From UHGV virus genome UHGV-0120097: a stretch of 37,664 nucleotides of DNA; one strand, 5' to 3'. The notes beneath the pieces are model-generated. The model saw only the letters and a list, made by a program, of their open reading frames with translations. It did no database searches and was not told the origin of the DNA. Positions 37,375 to 37,664 of the stretch are shown here, piece by piece (positions within the stretch are counted from its first letter, which is position 1; each line of letters starts with the position of its first letter). The position numbers were made by a program, and so were the translations under genes. The stretch is from a virus.

Positions 37375-37664
37375 TGAAAAAGCAATTTCTAACAACTAAG
37401 GTTGTAGAAGTAGAGGAAATGAGTAGGAAAGAATATTGTCAAAGCAGAGGTTGGGAGTTACCAGCTAATGAAGATGGAGATGAAAGAGTATTCAAAGTAT
37501 TCTATGAAGATGGATATGTTTCTATGTGTCCTAAAGATAGATTTTTAGAGCAAGCATATGAAATAGAGAATAATAAAATTCCAGAAAAATTAGTAGATGA
37601 CTTCATAGTAGAGAAAAATATCTACACTAAAATTATGTTTGGTAAGAAAACTACTGTAATGGAA
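37375..37664 (+). CDS. hypothetical protein (5' part; continues past the window end)
   Basis: SD ggaggtagtaggaATG. Open to the window edge. Confidence 0.45.

Noticed and set aside
1-37664. tRNA or tmRNA genes, a tyrosine integrase with attP, and Cas genes
   Set aside because: I scanned for T-loop (GTTCGAATC-like) and cloverleaf signatures and for R-H-R-Y integrase-size ORFs. None was found in this window.

Overview
The window is AT-rich (roughly 28-30% GC by eye), densely coding, with strong AGGGGG/GGAGG Shine-Dalgarno sites before almost every gene. I read it as most or all of a temperate phage-plasmid-like element from a low-GC host such as Fusobacterium. The modules, in order, are as follows. 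Coordinates 1-4218: a plus-strand block of small accessory or early genes, including a MazG-like NTP pyrophosphohydrolase. Coordinates 4309-5004: a small serine recombinase (resolvase/invertase type, YxRVSTxxQ motif) with its own promoter and an upstream 10-bp inverted repeat. Coordinates 5166-15039: virion structural genes, including a 178/703/1633-aa trio that looks like podovirus internal/ejection proteins; the 1633-aa protein carries an HEIEH zincin motif. Coordinates 15201-15432: a sigma70-like promoter followed by three tandem intrinsic-terminator hairpins. Coordinates 15487-22287: large terminase (orphaned from TerS), two collagen-like tail fibres (one with a C-terminal S74 self-cleaving chaperone domain), a paralogous small-gene pair flanking a 248-aa gene that ends in a G9 homopolymer, a GH24 endolysin and a TcdE-type holin, then a bidirectional terminator. 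Coordinates 22389-28552 (minus strand): ParB-like, ParA, a Rep_3-type initiator with at least 5 iterons of about 22 bp, a Sak/Rad52-like annealing protein, a Gp157-like protein and small early genes; three copies of a 44-bp palindromic element sit upstream of RBSs in this operon. Coordinates 28553-30405: a lysogeny switch with CAAGTAA half-site operators, a CI-like HTH+S24 repressor, a membrane moron and a Cro-like HTH. Coordinates 30845-37664: a gene with no canonical start codon, TerS, a GNAT-like gene, the portal (interrupted by an in-frame TGA), scaffold and major capsid. The head proteins carry NIQLF(G/A)G N-terminal motifs that mimic the ribosomal L27 cleavage site of the Prp protease. 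I saw no tyrosine integrase, tRNA, CRISPR array or reverse transcriptase.
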